The notes under the pieces: generated by a model
What the model saw: only the letters and a program-made list of their open reading frames with translations
Databases searched by the model: none
What the model was told of the DNA's origin: nothing
From: Chrysomallon squamiferum
Taxonomy: Eukaryota; Animalia; Mollusca
Assembly: GCA_012295275.1 (NCBI GenBank)
Contig: CM022670.1
Span: 20,770,001 to 20,834,000 of the forward strand
Direction: 5' to 3'
Length of the DNA stretch: 64,000 bases
Shown: positions 26,499 through 40,345 of the stretch, one piece after another
Layout: the number at the start of each line of letters is the position of its first letter
Position numbering within the stretch: the stretch's first letter is position 1
Made by a program: the position numbers and the translations under genes

Positions 26499-27580
26499 AT
26501 GAAAGGGATAAAATATTTTAGTTTTGGTTCTACAGTTATCTACTTTATAATAATGATCACGTTAATTTTGTACAGTAAGAGTAAATTAAGGAAAATAGAT
26601 TTTCAGCCACTCGGTTTTCATTATGTCAAGACAAAACAGTTCATCAGAGTAGAATGGTCTACGATAATAAAGTCTACTGTTCACTTGTGTATGGAGCCAA
26701 ACATATGCAAAGAAAACGAATCAAAAAAGTATTACCTTTACTATAGAAATGACACGTTTAAACGCATGTTAACTTCACCAGTGGATTATTCAAGAAATAT
26801 AACCCATGAGAAAACTGTTGTTCCTAGTTTGGTTCATTTCATTTGGTTGTCTCATCTTGGACCGAAGAAAAAAATGTTTCAGTTTAAGGCTTTGGTAGCC
26901 ATTTTAGCTGCACAAAGATTTATTACACCTAAACGAATTTTTTTGTGGATTGATAGTTTTCCTGAAGGAAAATATTTTGATGAACTACTGCTAAAGATTA
27001 AAAACCTATATCTCATTCAGAGAGAAATTCCAAAAGAAATATACGGAAGACCAGTGAATGTATTAGAACATAAATCAGATGTTATTAGAATTGAGGCCAT
27101 CTTGGAATTTGGAGGAATGTATTTTGATTTGGATTCTTTTGTTGTGAATCCTTTGGATCCTTTGCTCAAATACGAGACAGTAATGGGATATGAAACATCT
27201 AATGGCCTGGGTAGCAGTACAATCATAGCCACACCTTGGGCAGAATTCATGAAACTGTGGCATTCGAAGTACAAGACATTTGATGATACAAATTGGGCTG
27301 AACATGCCATATTAATGCCTGCGAGAATAGCCCTTCGACACAAAAACTTAATTCACACAGAAAAAAGCTCCTTGTGTCGACCTAACTGGAGTAAGGAAGG
27401 TCTGAATGTGCTCTATGGTACTGGGAAATTTTACGACTGGAAGAAAATGAATTACGTTGTACACTTGTGGTCGAAAAAGAGATCAAAAAATATGATCCAG
27501 AAAATATCAAAGGAATGAAGAATATTGTTGGTGAAATATTCAGATATATTTATTATAACAATACCACTATTATCAATTAG
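26499..27580 (+). CDS. GT32 glycosyltransferase copy 3 (divergent N-terminus; -1 frameshift in an A-run near the 3' end)
   Basis: ATG at 26499 (MKGIKY) follows acceptor TTTAAAG|G, with an upstream donor GTAAGT at 25767. The core is near-identical to copy 2. As written the ORF stops at 27518. Adding one A at 27485-27490 restores YDPENIKGMKNIVGEIFRYIYYNNTTIIN* (TAG 27578-27580). Confidence 0.88.
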
Positions 27581-28268
27581 TATTGTTTTTGATCAGAGTT
27601 TATTATATAAAATAATAATTATACAGCTTTTTTGACTTCATTTTCTTCTTCTACATAACTGATAATTATTTTCTGTCTACGTGATATTTGATACACTTAA
27701 ATACTTAATGATTAAGAAACCGATAACAGCAAAATATTTGTGATAGATTTTAGAGTTAATTATATGTGTTAGTTTCTGATGGTATAATTATGTCTTGTTT
27801 ATAATATAAATATATTTTGATATTCTGAGGTTATGAATCGTTTGTATCTTTGTTGAGACATGGGTTAGTAATAGAGTATGAAACAACTTTTCGTTTGGAT
27901 ATCAAGACAATGATAAGCACAACGTGGGTATAATTCATGAAATTCGAAACACAGAAATATGGTCCATAAAATATTAAATATTTGAAAAATACCGTTGATG
28001 AAATAGTCATATACATTTATTGTAGCAATGCTGCTATTATAAATGGTAGTTTGCATTTGTTAATCTGCGACTGTTAATGGTTGGAGGAATGCGGTAATAT
28101 ATATATTTCTCAAAATAAAACAGGATTTTTCTCTATGTAAATATTTTAAAGAGCTATATAATTAATTACTAATTTCTTTTGCGCATTAGCAATATTGCTA
28201 GTTTTGTTTCTTAATGTGTTCAATATTTACAGCACTCGCTACTTTACAGCACTCTCTTCTCTCTCTCT

Positions 28269-28347
<79 letters not shown>

Positions 28348-29077
28348 GTTAATTAGCCTATCATTAGATACATTGTGCTTGTATATTTAATTACTGTTTG
28401 AGTTTGGAAATAAATACGCAAAGCTGATTATAGTTTTTTCATTTATGTATAAAAATAAAGAGTCATTAGCTGAAAGATGGATGAATGAATACTTTAACAT
28501 TTAATACACTGTAATATTAATGATTATGTTAATTATAGGCTTTGACAGTACTAATAAAATTATAATAAATAAAATCTCAGTTAATATCATTTATAAGTAT
28601 CTTCCAGTTAACAGGGAAAAAAAGTATTTCTCGACCCAGTCTCATGTTCAAGGCGCTATCAGTTAACCTATGTAAAACAAATCATATTTCTAACGACCGG
28701 TAGAAATGTTTTTCTAATACAGGTATGAGATATATCAGTGTAATAATAATAGATCAGTGGAATGTTAAGCAACATTTAGTATGTTGAGTGTCGAAAAGCA
28801 ATATGAAAAGCAAGGATACAAATAAACTGCTTGTATTCAGGATAACTGTAATATTGTCAATGGGGTGTGTGGTTTTGTAAACTGAGTGTAAAATAATACC
28901 AGTATTATTTAATATGGCTCCGGGGTGTCAGTTTACGGGTAGGGAAGAATAACAAAAGGCGTGTTGTGTGATTGTTACCCTTTGAATTTTGAAATTTAGC
29001 TAAATATATTTTTTGTTTTTTACTTTTTGTGAAATATATCAGCATCCAGCAAATTTATTATTTATATATAAAATATG

Positions 29078-29156
<79 letters not shown>

Positions 29157-29672
29157 AATGATGATAATAATAATAATAATGAAAATAATAATAATAATAA
29201 TAACAATAATAATAATAATAGTGGTGACAACCCTCACCCCCCCCCGAAAAAAAAGATAAAACCTGTCCGACCACTTATTAGAATTTAATATGTCCTAACA
29301 GTAGTCTGCAATGGATTAATTTTAGTAAGAATAAAATAGCAGAATATTCTTTTTTTGATGATTTTGCTTTAGTAATATATGTTTGAAAAGATGCCATTTC
29401 TTACACAGACCCCTAATAGGTCATTGATGTGTTCATACTGATAGACTGACATAGTTTGATTTTCAGTTTGCCTATTGTGTATCTGGCAGGCAAGTGTAGA
29501 CTTGTATCAGCCTGTAACTTGACTATTAGATAACAAGTTCAAGTATGTGGCTAAAGTAAATGCTATCAGTGTAGATGTATCGTGCTAAACGTTGGTGAAA
29601 TAACTTTATTTGTACATTGATATGTGTAGTTTTAGAAAATAATGTTTATAACCAAATAATATACATCAGAGT

Positions 29673-30451
29673 TCAACAATGACTGTCTATAACATCTGGG
29701 GAATCAGCAGAATATACTTTATAGATTTTTAGTTTATTTCCAGGAAGCCTTTGAATGTGTATCAAATTTTCGTCACGTGAGCCTAATGCTGTATTAACGA
29801 CTGGGAAAAAAGAATTAGAATTGACGGTCAAAGGCTCATTGGCTGCTGTCTGTTTTGCTGTTGTCCACTTTGTTTTTTTACTTTCATTTTCTACAAAATA
29901 ATTTACTGGTTCACTATGTACGTCGACACTGAATCCAGCATCTACATCATTTGATTTGGCTGCACAGTTCCCACCCTCAAGACTGTGGTCGTCTGGAGGT
30001 AATGTCCCTTCCGACGATGACGTTACGTCATTTGTAGTAAAGACGTCATCAGAAAGCGTATCCAAGGAAATAGACTGCGTTACAGGTCTCAGAGGTTTCT
30101 GACTAGAACAGCTTCCTAGAGAACTTTCCGAACGCGATGAATCGGGTTTCTTCTTTGGCATAGAACACTGCATAAGTTGCCAGAATTTATGGACGCTTTC
30201 CGTTTCTTCATTCTTTGGCCATTCTATGAATGTTACAGTGTTCATGATCTGTTTCAAATTCTTATCCACGTTCACTAGGCCTGAAATATCCTGAAGCATT
30301 ATAGGAATTATCTTGTGTTTCAGTTTCAACATTTCTTGCTGTGCTTTTTGATATTCCAGGCGGCACCATTCGCTCTCGACGAAATTCGGGCTAATAATCA
30401 GAATAGTTCGTCGACTGTTTTCAATTGCATGAATAATGTTGTCTGCTATTG
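29673..30451 (-). CDS. EGF-TM-TIR receptor exon 4 (TIR C-terminal half plus S-rich tail)
   Basis: Acceptor TTTTCCAG, phase 1. Encodes AIADNIIHAIENSRRTILIISPNFVESEWCRLEY...IEWP...KFW, typical of a TLR-type TIR. Confidence 0.93.
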
Positions 30452-30742
30452 CTGGAAAATAAATACAAAGTGAACGTTAATCCTACCATAAGTAACTACT
30501 GTTACTATTCTAATGCTGCTGCTACAGCTACTACCTGTATACCTATTACTACTACTATTGATATTCTACTTACATAAACACAAACAGTCATAGACACACA
30601 TACACACACAATACATACATGGATATATACATGGATACATACATGCATTCATATATTACAAAAATACATATTATTATATATTATTATTCGGGTCTGCGTG
30701 CACAAATAATATATACAAAATTTAATAAACATATAAAATTAC

Positions 30743-30886
30743 CTTCCCCAGGTGGAAAATCTCGAAAATGCAGACACAATTTGAAGTCCAGTTCTTTTTC
30801 CAGTTTTGGATAGAGTTTATGAATAACAAAGTATTCGTCCTGCTTGGAAGATTTGTATGACACAAAAGCATCATAGAGTTTACCAT
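30743..30886 (-). CDS. EGF-TM-TIR receptor exon 3 (TIR box 1 and BB loop)
   Basis: Phase 1-1, 144 nt, AG/GT ends. Encodes DGKLYDAFVSYKSS...KLCLHFRDFPPGE. Confidence 0.93.
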
Positions 30887-31036
30887 CTGATAAGTACAGA
30901 AAATATAAAATATACTGCAACCTAAACACACACGAATAAATTGCTCAAAGAAAATTGAAATACCAGTATTAATACCATGTATTTCGTATATAATATACAT
31001 ATAGTCTACACTAGACTACACAATGAAGCATTTATA

Positions 31037-31090
<54 letters not shown>

Positions 31091-31217
31091 CTCATTATAT
31101 GTATATATGTAAATGAAAAAATAATCTATACATTTATATCTGTAGGCATATACATAGTTTATGCTTTTTGACGTCCAAGAAGGAACTCAGTATATATATA
31201 TATAGATACACACACAA

Positions 31218-31322
<105 letters not shown>

Positions 31323-31462
31323 TATATATATATATATATCGTTGTGCGGTCATTTTAAGAAGTTTTGTCGGCGTACAAATATAGATGATTCCAGACATCG
31401 GCTACGCAATACACACATGCATGCACACATACATCCATACAAAATTAATTTAAAATATATAC

Positions 31463-31633
31463 CATCATCTTCATATGCCTGGAAATAATGTACTAATTTT
31501 CTCATTGGAAGCCACCTCCGACGCCAAGTCCAGTACGGAAACACAACACAGATAACCATCAAAACAAAAAGCAGTACGAGGCCAATACCAAGAAGATACC
31601 AAGGCGGAGAAATTACCGTGTAACTTGCCAACG
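31463..31633 (-). CDS. EGF-TM-TIR receptor exon 2 (transmembrane helix)
   Basis: Phase 1-1, 171 nt. Encodes WYLLGIGLVLLFVLMVICVVFPYW followed by the basic stop-transfer RRRW. Confidence 0.9.
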
Positions 31634-31686
31634 CTGAAAATTAATACTTAAAATGTAATGAAACAACGTATAACAGTATCAGTAAC

Positions 31687-31744
<58 letters not shown>

Positions 31745-32013
31745 TTAGCAGTAGTAGCAGCAGTGGTATAGTATAGCAGCAATGACAGTAGTAGTAATAA
31801 TAATAATAATAATAGTGCCTATGGTAATAGTTGTATTAGTAGCTGTAGTAAATATTGTTGCTGCATTATAAACAACAGTAATAATAGTGGTAATAAATAT
31901 ACTGTTAAAGCCTTGGTAGAACATTTTGTTCTAGTAACAGTTATAGTAGTAGCAATAGAAGGGGTAGTAGTGAAACATTGTAAAATGAATTTAGCTAATA
32001 ACAGTAGTAATAA

Positions 32014-32059
<46 letters not shown>

Positions 32060-33108
32060 TAGTTGTAGTAGTAGTAGTAGTAGTACTTTTATTAACGCTT
32101 TTATTTATTTCCTTTTTTCTTTTCTTTTTATTTCCTTTTTTGTTTGGTTCCTTTTTTTTTATGTTTCCCGTTTATTGTTATTGTTAATAATATTATTCAA
32201 AAATAATACGAGAAAAACAGAAAAGAGAAACCAAATTAAATGTCGTTTGAAAGGAAAAAATACAAATGTGAAATGTTTAATATAAACGTAATTTAATGTG
32301 TAAGTATCAAATGGAGGAAGATAAAACTTAGTGCATTTAGAAAAAATATTTAAATCTGTCAGCGTAAAATAATTTCATTCGGGGTCAGAATTTGGAACGC
32401 ATTAATATTCTTTTTCTTCCTTTAATAGAGACTTAATTGAAATGATGAAAAATACTTTACTTTTAGAGTAAGAAGTGAAATTTGTTCTGCAGCTCACTTC
32501 ACAAAATGCTTGTCAAACGAAAGTACAAATTTTTATTGTATTTACTGGATAAATTAAAATTGTATTTCAACAAAATTAAAAAGAGAAAGAAATATCTTTT
32601 ACTTGCAGTTTATGCCTCACAGTTTCGTAAATATCCTTATATTTACTATACGATGTTTAATATTTACAAACTAAAGGATATAATAAATAAACATATAGAC
32701 AGATATATATAGATAAGTAGACAGACAGACAGATATAATTTAAAAAATTGAATACTACGAGTACTAAAGAATTAATGAATCGTTAAATATTTGAACGCAT
32801 ATTTATATTAGATAATAACTGTCAATAAAAAAGAAAATATCATTTCTTTCTATGGGGATTTAAACTACTCAGCATATGAAAGCATTTTCATGCATCTTCT
32901 CAAAGAAAAAGCAGATAGAGTTTCTTTTAGAAGATAAGTTCTGAGATGAGCTTCCATTTAGTAATCATGATACTGTTAGAAACGCCAAAAATGGCACATA
33001 ATAAACTGAAATAACATCTAGACTGCTTGAAAGCATGCTTAAATTCTAATTAGATTATTTGTGTGTTAGAATGAAAACACGGAGAAGTAATTATGAACAT
33101 AAGCTGAC

Positions 33109-34489
33109 CTCTAACTTCAGGAGCTTCAGTAGTTCTAAACGTTTCACAGAATTCTCCAGTAGTGTTCCAGTGACAGACACAAACAGCCGTGTTGTTAATA
33201 TAATTACAGTCGCCGAAGTCACCGCAGTCCAAGTCGCAGACATGCTCACAAAAGGTTCCCGTGTGTGTGTCATCGCAAAGACAACTGACAAGGTTGGTGA
33301 TGTTGGATACGACACATGTGCCATGGTCCCCACAGTCGAAGTTTTCACATTTGTCCACCTCAGTCCGGTCGCAAACCAGTTCGTAAGAGACAAAGTCGAG
33401 TCTGCAAACACCAGGGCACTCGTCGCAAGGATGAGGTTTATCTAGTGTATTGTCATCATCGAACGAAGACACTGGAGGCAGAGTGATCTCGTTTGGCATA
33501 GCAGTAACCAGTAGAGGTAACAAACTGTCTATCTTTGAAGCACTGTTTTTGTCGAGCAGATCTGAAAACGAAATGTTCGTTTTCGTCGAAGCCGTAACAA
33601 ACTGTGACTCAACCAAAAATTCTTCCGAACTTGGGTCAGAGGTCACACCAGTGAAAGGTGCCCGTGAGGTCGTCGGATTCATGGTGTCACTGGTGCGTTT
33701 TAACTCTCTTTCTCCTGAATGGGTTTGTTTTGTCAGACGATATTCTTGTGTCAGATCTGTGGCATTGACTTGTGTTTGCAAAAGCAGTTCTCCTGTTGAC
33801 AGGTGCGACATGTTATTAGATTCAGGAACGCGAAAAATGTGATCAGTAGTTATTGCGGAATGTCTGAAACCTGTCGAATTCAATGCGATGTCATTTTCGA
33901 GCATAGCTGTATGGTTAGTGGGTGGATGTGCTGTTGTGTTTATGGAATGTGAAACAACAGCGGGAGATAACTCAATACTTTCCGGCATATCTCTTTCGGA
34001 TGCTTGTCGAGTAAGGCTGCTAAGCATTTGTTGACACCAAGAATTGCGAATTCCCGTCACGCAAAGACATAGTTTCACGCATACAGTCATATCCAGAATA
34101 CACTGCCCTTCTGTGTTACATATGGATGGAAGCTTACTGCAGCATGTTTGCCTTTTCAAAGCAGAAGTATGACGTCTTGGAGTATCCGAGATATTCTCAT
34201 CACCAAACTCAGAATCTGAAGTCTCGGAAACATCTAGAAAAGAGTTCACACCAGATAACTTTATATCTGGTGAGAGAGTAGTGGAAACGCTAGATGTTAC
34301 TTGTCCTGTTTTATTAGTTGTCTTTGTATTTGTTCCCGAATATGTCGCTTTAGAAGGTAAATACTGAGTCCTGGAAACATGCAGGGTATCTATAGCAGGT
34401 GTCTTAGTGTATCCATTCCACAGTGTTGTAGGATTTCCATTCCCAATGTTTAAGCATAACACAATAAATAGAATCACATGAAGCATCAT
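33109..34489 (-). CDS. EGF-TM-TIR receptor exon 1 (signal peptide, mucin-like S/T region, 8-Cys module, EGF-like repeats)
   Basis: Signal peptide MMLHVILFIVLCLNIG. EGF repeats CENFDCGDHGTC..CLCDDTHTGTFC and CDLDCGDFGDC..CVCHWNTTGEFC. Donor G|GTCAGC, phase 1. The four exons total 2475 nt = 824 aa plus stop. Confidence 0.9.
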
Positions 34490-36771
34490 TTCTCCGTTGT
34501 AATGAAAGGCTAACTATAACGAGTACTAACATAGTAGAACCAGATTCTTTACAATTTATTTACAGTATTTACATGGAACAGCATTTCAATACTCGCTTTG
34601 TAATCCGTCATCAAGACACTTCGTTCTATATCAAATATAAAATATCACTTTCCTCTTTTCATTTAAGATAACTAATATATCATATTAAATATTTCTTTCT
34701 TACTCCACTTGCTTATTATCTCCATCAAACTGATGTCCATGCCTTGAAAGAAACGTAAATGTTTTCACTGTTATTCCATATTTAGTATTTTCGATGTGCC
34801 AGTTCTAATAACCGATATGTGTTGTTAAATGCAAAGCTTAAAACAGACACAAAATTCCAGCGATGTCTTCAGTGGAGCAAAGTAAACGCTTAAACATACA
34901 TCATATTTTTTTTGTACCTGTCACATGAAGTTACGCCCCCTGTCATTTCGTGTAAACACAAAAGACTTACTATTCTCTATGCTAGATAAAATAATTTAGG
35001 AGACCCCGAAACAAAAGGAAATGCAAATGTAAATATAAATTAAATACTGCTACTACTACTACTACTACTACTACTACAACTACTATTACCACAGCAATTA
35101 CTCTATCAATCTAATCATGCTGCAGTTAATTATTGTTTCTGTTAACACCAACACTACAAAAACCTATTATTATTATTATTATTATTGCTGCTACAGTTAC
35201 TAATACTCTTCATCACTACCACCACGACAATCCCACCGACAACACCGTTGTTACTTCTTTACTCACACTACTACCACTGCTATCACTACTACTATTCCTT
35301 CTTCTTCTACTGGTTTCTTCTTCTTGTTCTCGTTATTACTACTATTATCATTACTTATACATACTCGAGAAAAGAAAAGGAAATTATAGAGAACCCTTAT
35401 ATTATTTTGTTTAATATACTTACCGTGTTAAAATGTATTATAAATAATAGAGGTGCTCCTTTGGACATCATCCTTTTATTACCAATTTATGTACAACAGC
35501 GTCATGTTTAGAAACCTATGACGTAAAATAAATAAATAACAAATCCAATAGATTCAGAATAAAAACATAAATGACAACTTTCGTATAAATTATTATTTGA
35601 CAATTTCGTACATGAAGGGTAGAGAAACAAATGCTACTGAATTTTGTTATTTTATTTACGTATTTATTTATTTGTAACCGACAGATTACTCTTTTTCCAT
35701 TAGCTGGAAAACGTGTATAAGCACCTACCCATAGATTTCAAACACATACTGTAGCTTTCTTGTTATTATTATCATTTGTGACTTACGGATACGTGTGCAT
35801 TGGTTTAAATAAAAAATAAAATGTACTTAAAGCTAAATAAATAAATAAATAAGTAAGTAAATAAATAAATACATAAATAAATAAAGAGGTGCATATCAGA
35901 CAGAATGAATAAATGAATAAATAAATCGATAAATGAATCAATCAGTGAAAGAATTAATGAACGCACGGAGTAATATATTAATGACATTAATGAATCTACC
36001 TAATTTTCTAAGAGATTTTATCACTGTTTGTTACTGTCTTATGCAAATTCAACTAGGAAATTTTATTGCTAATGTTATTCTGTCTTGGGCGGGTGCCCGG
36101 TGTCGTTAATAACATAGTGACAATGTTGTTGTGACAATAAACATTGTCATCTGATATCTGTGATGACAACACAAAATATGACGTGAATAACGCGAAGAGA
36201 AAACTAAAAACATATTATTAATTATATCAGATTATTATTATTATTATTATTACTATTATTATATCTGTTACGATTTATATTACTTCTGTTGTTATTATTA
36301 AACATAGTACAGAACTAATATTAGCATTAATACAGCTATGCCTACTGTTTATACAATAACAACTACTACTACTACCGCTACTATTAATACTACTCCTAAA
36401 ATATCAATTAGTAATTACAGTAAACAAATTATATAATCTATTCCTTATCGTCTCTAAATGTGAATAAAATATTTGTTTAACTCTCTTTTTCTCGGACTAT
36501 AGGCCGAGTCACTAAGTTAAAGTACGTGTACAGACTGCGTTACATTCTGTGTTACGGTGACAGCAGCGGCGTGTTGCCCAGGGCCACCATTCGTTTCTCA
36601 CATGTAAGACGACAACGCAGTGACAGACAAGCTGATATTGGGGCGATCCGCTGAAGCAGAACGCGGCCGAAAGGCGAGGGTAAATGTTACACTCGTAGCC
36701 CTGTGAAAGAGGTCAGTGGACGTAAAGAAAGGATTATCTGTGTATAGGTTTGTGTGTGGGTGTGTGTGTGA

Positions 36772-36870
<99 letters not shown>

Positions 36871-37567
36871 GAAAGAAAGCAACAAAAGAAATAAAAATTC
36901 ATAAAGATTAATCAAATTAAAAGAAACAAAAAAAAAAAAAGAAGAGATAAAAACTAAGAAAGAATAATAATATAAATAAAATAAAAAAAGAAAGAATGAA
37001 TTTGATGATGAAAATCAATAGGATACTAATAAACATAAGGCTCATACACAAATTGTTACTGATTAAGATGATGATAATTTTTTCATGATGTTTAAATAAA
37101 ATGATAATTAACATTTAAAAAAAGTCCTTATTAATACAGACGTTCCACGAAGCTGAATTATTCTCCTTTTTTTCTTTCTTTTTTTTTCTTAAAAATCAAA
37201 ACTATTAACTGTAACCGTTTGTAAAACGACAAGCATCTGCTTCTTCGAACTCGAAGGCTTTTTAGACATTGTTGTACGGCAGTTCATATCCTAGATGATT
37301 CATAATACCACTCATTCAGACCGGACTTCACGGAATGAAAAAACAACACAAACTTGTATTTCTTGGCGACAATAGGATTATATCACTTAGGAGAAATACA
37401 CCAGTTAACATAACATTAAAAACTGTTCAGCAGTCATGGTCATACCTTCCTCACTTTTAACCCTACAAAACAGACACGCAATTAACAATAATTTTAAAAA
37501 TGCATTTTGTTTTATTCAGGTTAAGCTGTATTCAAGGCTTTTGGACACCTGATTTCCATATCAAGTC

Positions 37568-37732
<165 letters not shown>

Positions 37733-37993
37733 AAATAAAATAATAATAAAAATATAATGTCCTACTATCATCAGCTTCAGTCCAACAAAATAATTTCTTC
37801 AGTGGAATACAAGTGTTATGATTTTGAAAAGATTTTGGAGGCCCTTTCTAGAGTAATGTTTGAAATAACAGCAAATCTTCCCACTTCCAAATACCAATTA
37901 CTTTTCTTTGTCTAAATAAAACCTAAATAATTTAACATCACAAACACCTGTGATAATATCGCTAAACCACCAACATGTTTTAGTATAAATTAA

Positions 37994-38063
<70 letters not shown>

Positions 38064-38639
38064 TGATAATAATAGTAATAATAATAATAAGAAGAAGAAG
38101 AAGAAGAAGAAGAAAATGAAGAAGTAGAACAACAAAAAACCCAACAAAAACAACAATAACAACAGCGATATAAATAATAGCAGTAGTAGTTTGTTGTTAC
38201 TGCTCATGGTGATGCTCTTATAATTTCGAATTGCTGTATTTTACATCTAGTCATGTGTAGCAGATGACATAGAACGTTAAGATCCGTTATTACTCAATCC
38301 GTTGATGTATTTTTTACTTGTTATCATTTTTCACCTCACTATGTTAAAATTTCCCTAAGTCAGTGTTAAAATTATGTTTATTCAACTGAAACATTCAAGT
38401 CTGCAATTTCAAATATTTATTTGTTATCCCAAATCCCAGGAACACAGAGTATTGGATAAACATGTTTGAAAATGGTTTCATTCATGTTTTTCATATGAGT
38501 GTTGTAACACATCTAACAAAACGTTGTGCACCATTACATACCATCATCTATGGTCTTATCTATATCAGCAAGTTTTATTTACAAATAGTGCCAAACCGAA
38601 CTCAAGAAAAAAGATACAAAAAAAAAAAAATTGAATTCT

Positions 38640-38712
<73 letters not shown>

Positions 38713-39055
38713 TTCTGTACACTTACCTCTCTGTTTCTTCTTTTCTTTTCTTTTCTGTTCCACATTTGCGCTCACGGAGACAAGCGTTTAACAAGTCCAG
38801 TAACTTAAAAAAGAAAAGCACAGTCGATCAGTCGCAGTTATTTCCCTTGAATTAAATGTAGCAGTGATAATGCGATTTAAAAAAAAGAGGAAAACTAAAT
38901 AATATATATTAATAATATTATTAACACTGAGCGATCGATCAGTCAGTCATCCTGTATTCCATATTTACATATATGCAGATATATACGGTTAAATATGATA
39001 TTCGAACACTAACACACACACCCACATCCACACACACCCACACACACACACACAC

Positions 39056-39095
<40 letters not shown>

Positions 39096-40249
39096 ACACA
39101 CAAACACTCTTACGAAAACTGAATTAGATTTCTGTTCTAATTATGTTAATTTAAAACAATATCATTTTAAAACTGAGTTTATAGAAATTGTCTGTGGATT
39201 AATATGTTTTACTCACGACTTTTAATATATCACATTTCTAATAAATGTTAATTAATGTGTTCCTTGTCAAATTTACATCTTCGTTTCTCTATGTCCGCAT
39301 ACATTATTAATTGAGGCATTACCTGTAGATTCATTAACATCTGTTGTGATTGATAAAAAAAATAACAGCTTGCAGCGATCATTTTTCTATAGATACCAGT
39401 CTGTATTTTACACACTGTGATTTAAATAAATCGTTATAATATTTATTATATTTGTGATGGGTGCTTGTACGCTGTTTGTTTCTTAAAGGATTTATTTTTC
39501 TTTTTCTTTTTTTTTTTTTTTTTTTTTCTTTCTTTATTTCTTTCTTTCTGTTCTTTTGTTTTTTAATTACTTGTGTTGCACATTGTAAATGGTCCTTTGC
39601 TTATCTTTTCCCGCAACACCAAACCTATTTCTACTTCGATCACCCACATAACACACACACATGCACATATCAGTACACATACACACTCATGTACAAACAG
39701 AAATATCGACATACATACACATACATATACAAAATACGAATATATATACAGAAACACACATATAAACATATACACATGCATATACAAATAATACACACAT
39801 GAATATACAAATAAGTACACACATATGGACACATTCCCATACACATACACGCACTGACATACACACACACACATTCACACACACATTCACACAACACACA
39901 CACACGCACACACACACACACACACACTCAAGTACAAACACATTAAGAGACACACAAGTATGCACAGACCATCCAGACAACACAACATCAAGTCACAGGC
40001 TGATACATGAAATAATCTTTATCCGAATCATTTGTCATGAACCGGATCCTGCTTCAGAAACCTTTGGTTTTTATTACCATTCCGGAATTAGTTATTAGCT
40101 TGATATGTTTTGTTATTTATGAGGAAATTCGGACGACTGTCTGATTTCAGTTGATCGTCGTTTTGTCACATCGTGCCTACTTACGGAAGACATTAAAATA
40201 ACTGTTATTATTACTGTACAGCAATTTAATAGACTGCGTCGGTTATAAG

Positions 40250-40345
40250 ACTGTCTCGGCAGTCGAAGTGGGTCGTCTGCAATCTAATGAGCGTGCACGT
40301 TCGAATCCCCTCATCAGCATCTGGCCTCGTGACTGGACTTTGTCC
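40250..40345 (+). mobile_element. Possible tRNA-derived SINE head remnant
   Basis: Pol III B-box GTTCGAATCC at ~40299 in a GC-rich patch. The A-box is degenerate and no full cloverleaf is visible. Confidence 0.3.

Noticed and set aside
33059-33842. Antisense and alternate-frame ORFs over the receptor exon (also 23371-23601 and 27017-27343 over GT32)
   Set aside because: These are shadow ORFs of real coding sequence.
36640-36690. CTGAAG...GCCGAAAGGC GNRA hairpin resembling hammerhead stem II
   Set aside because: The spacing and conserved core nucleotides do not fit. It is more likely an enhancer-like GC patch.
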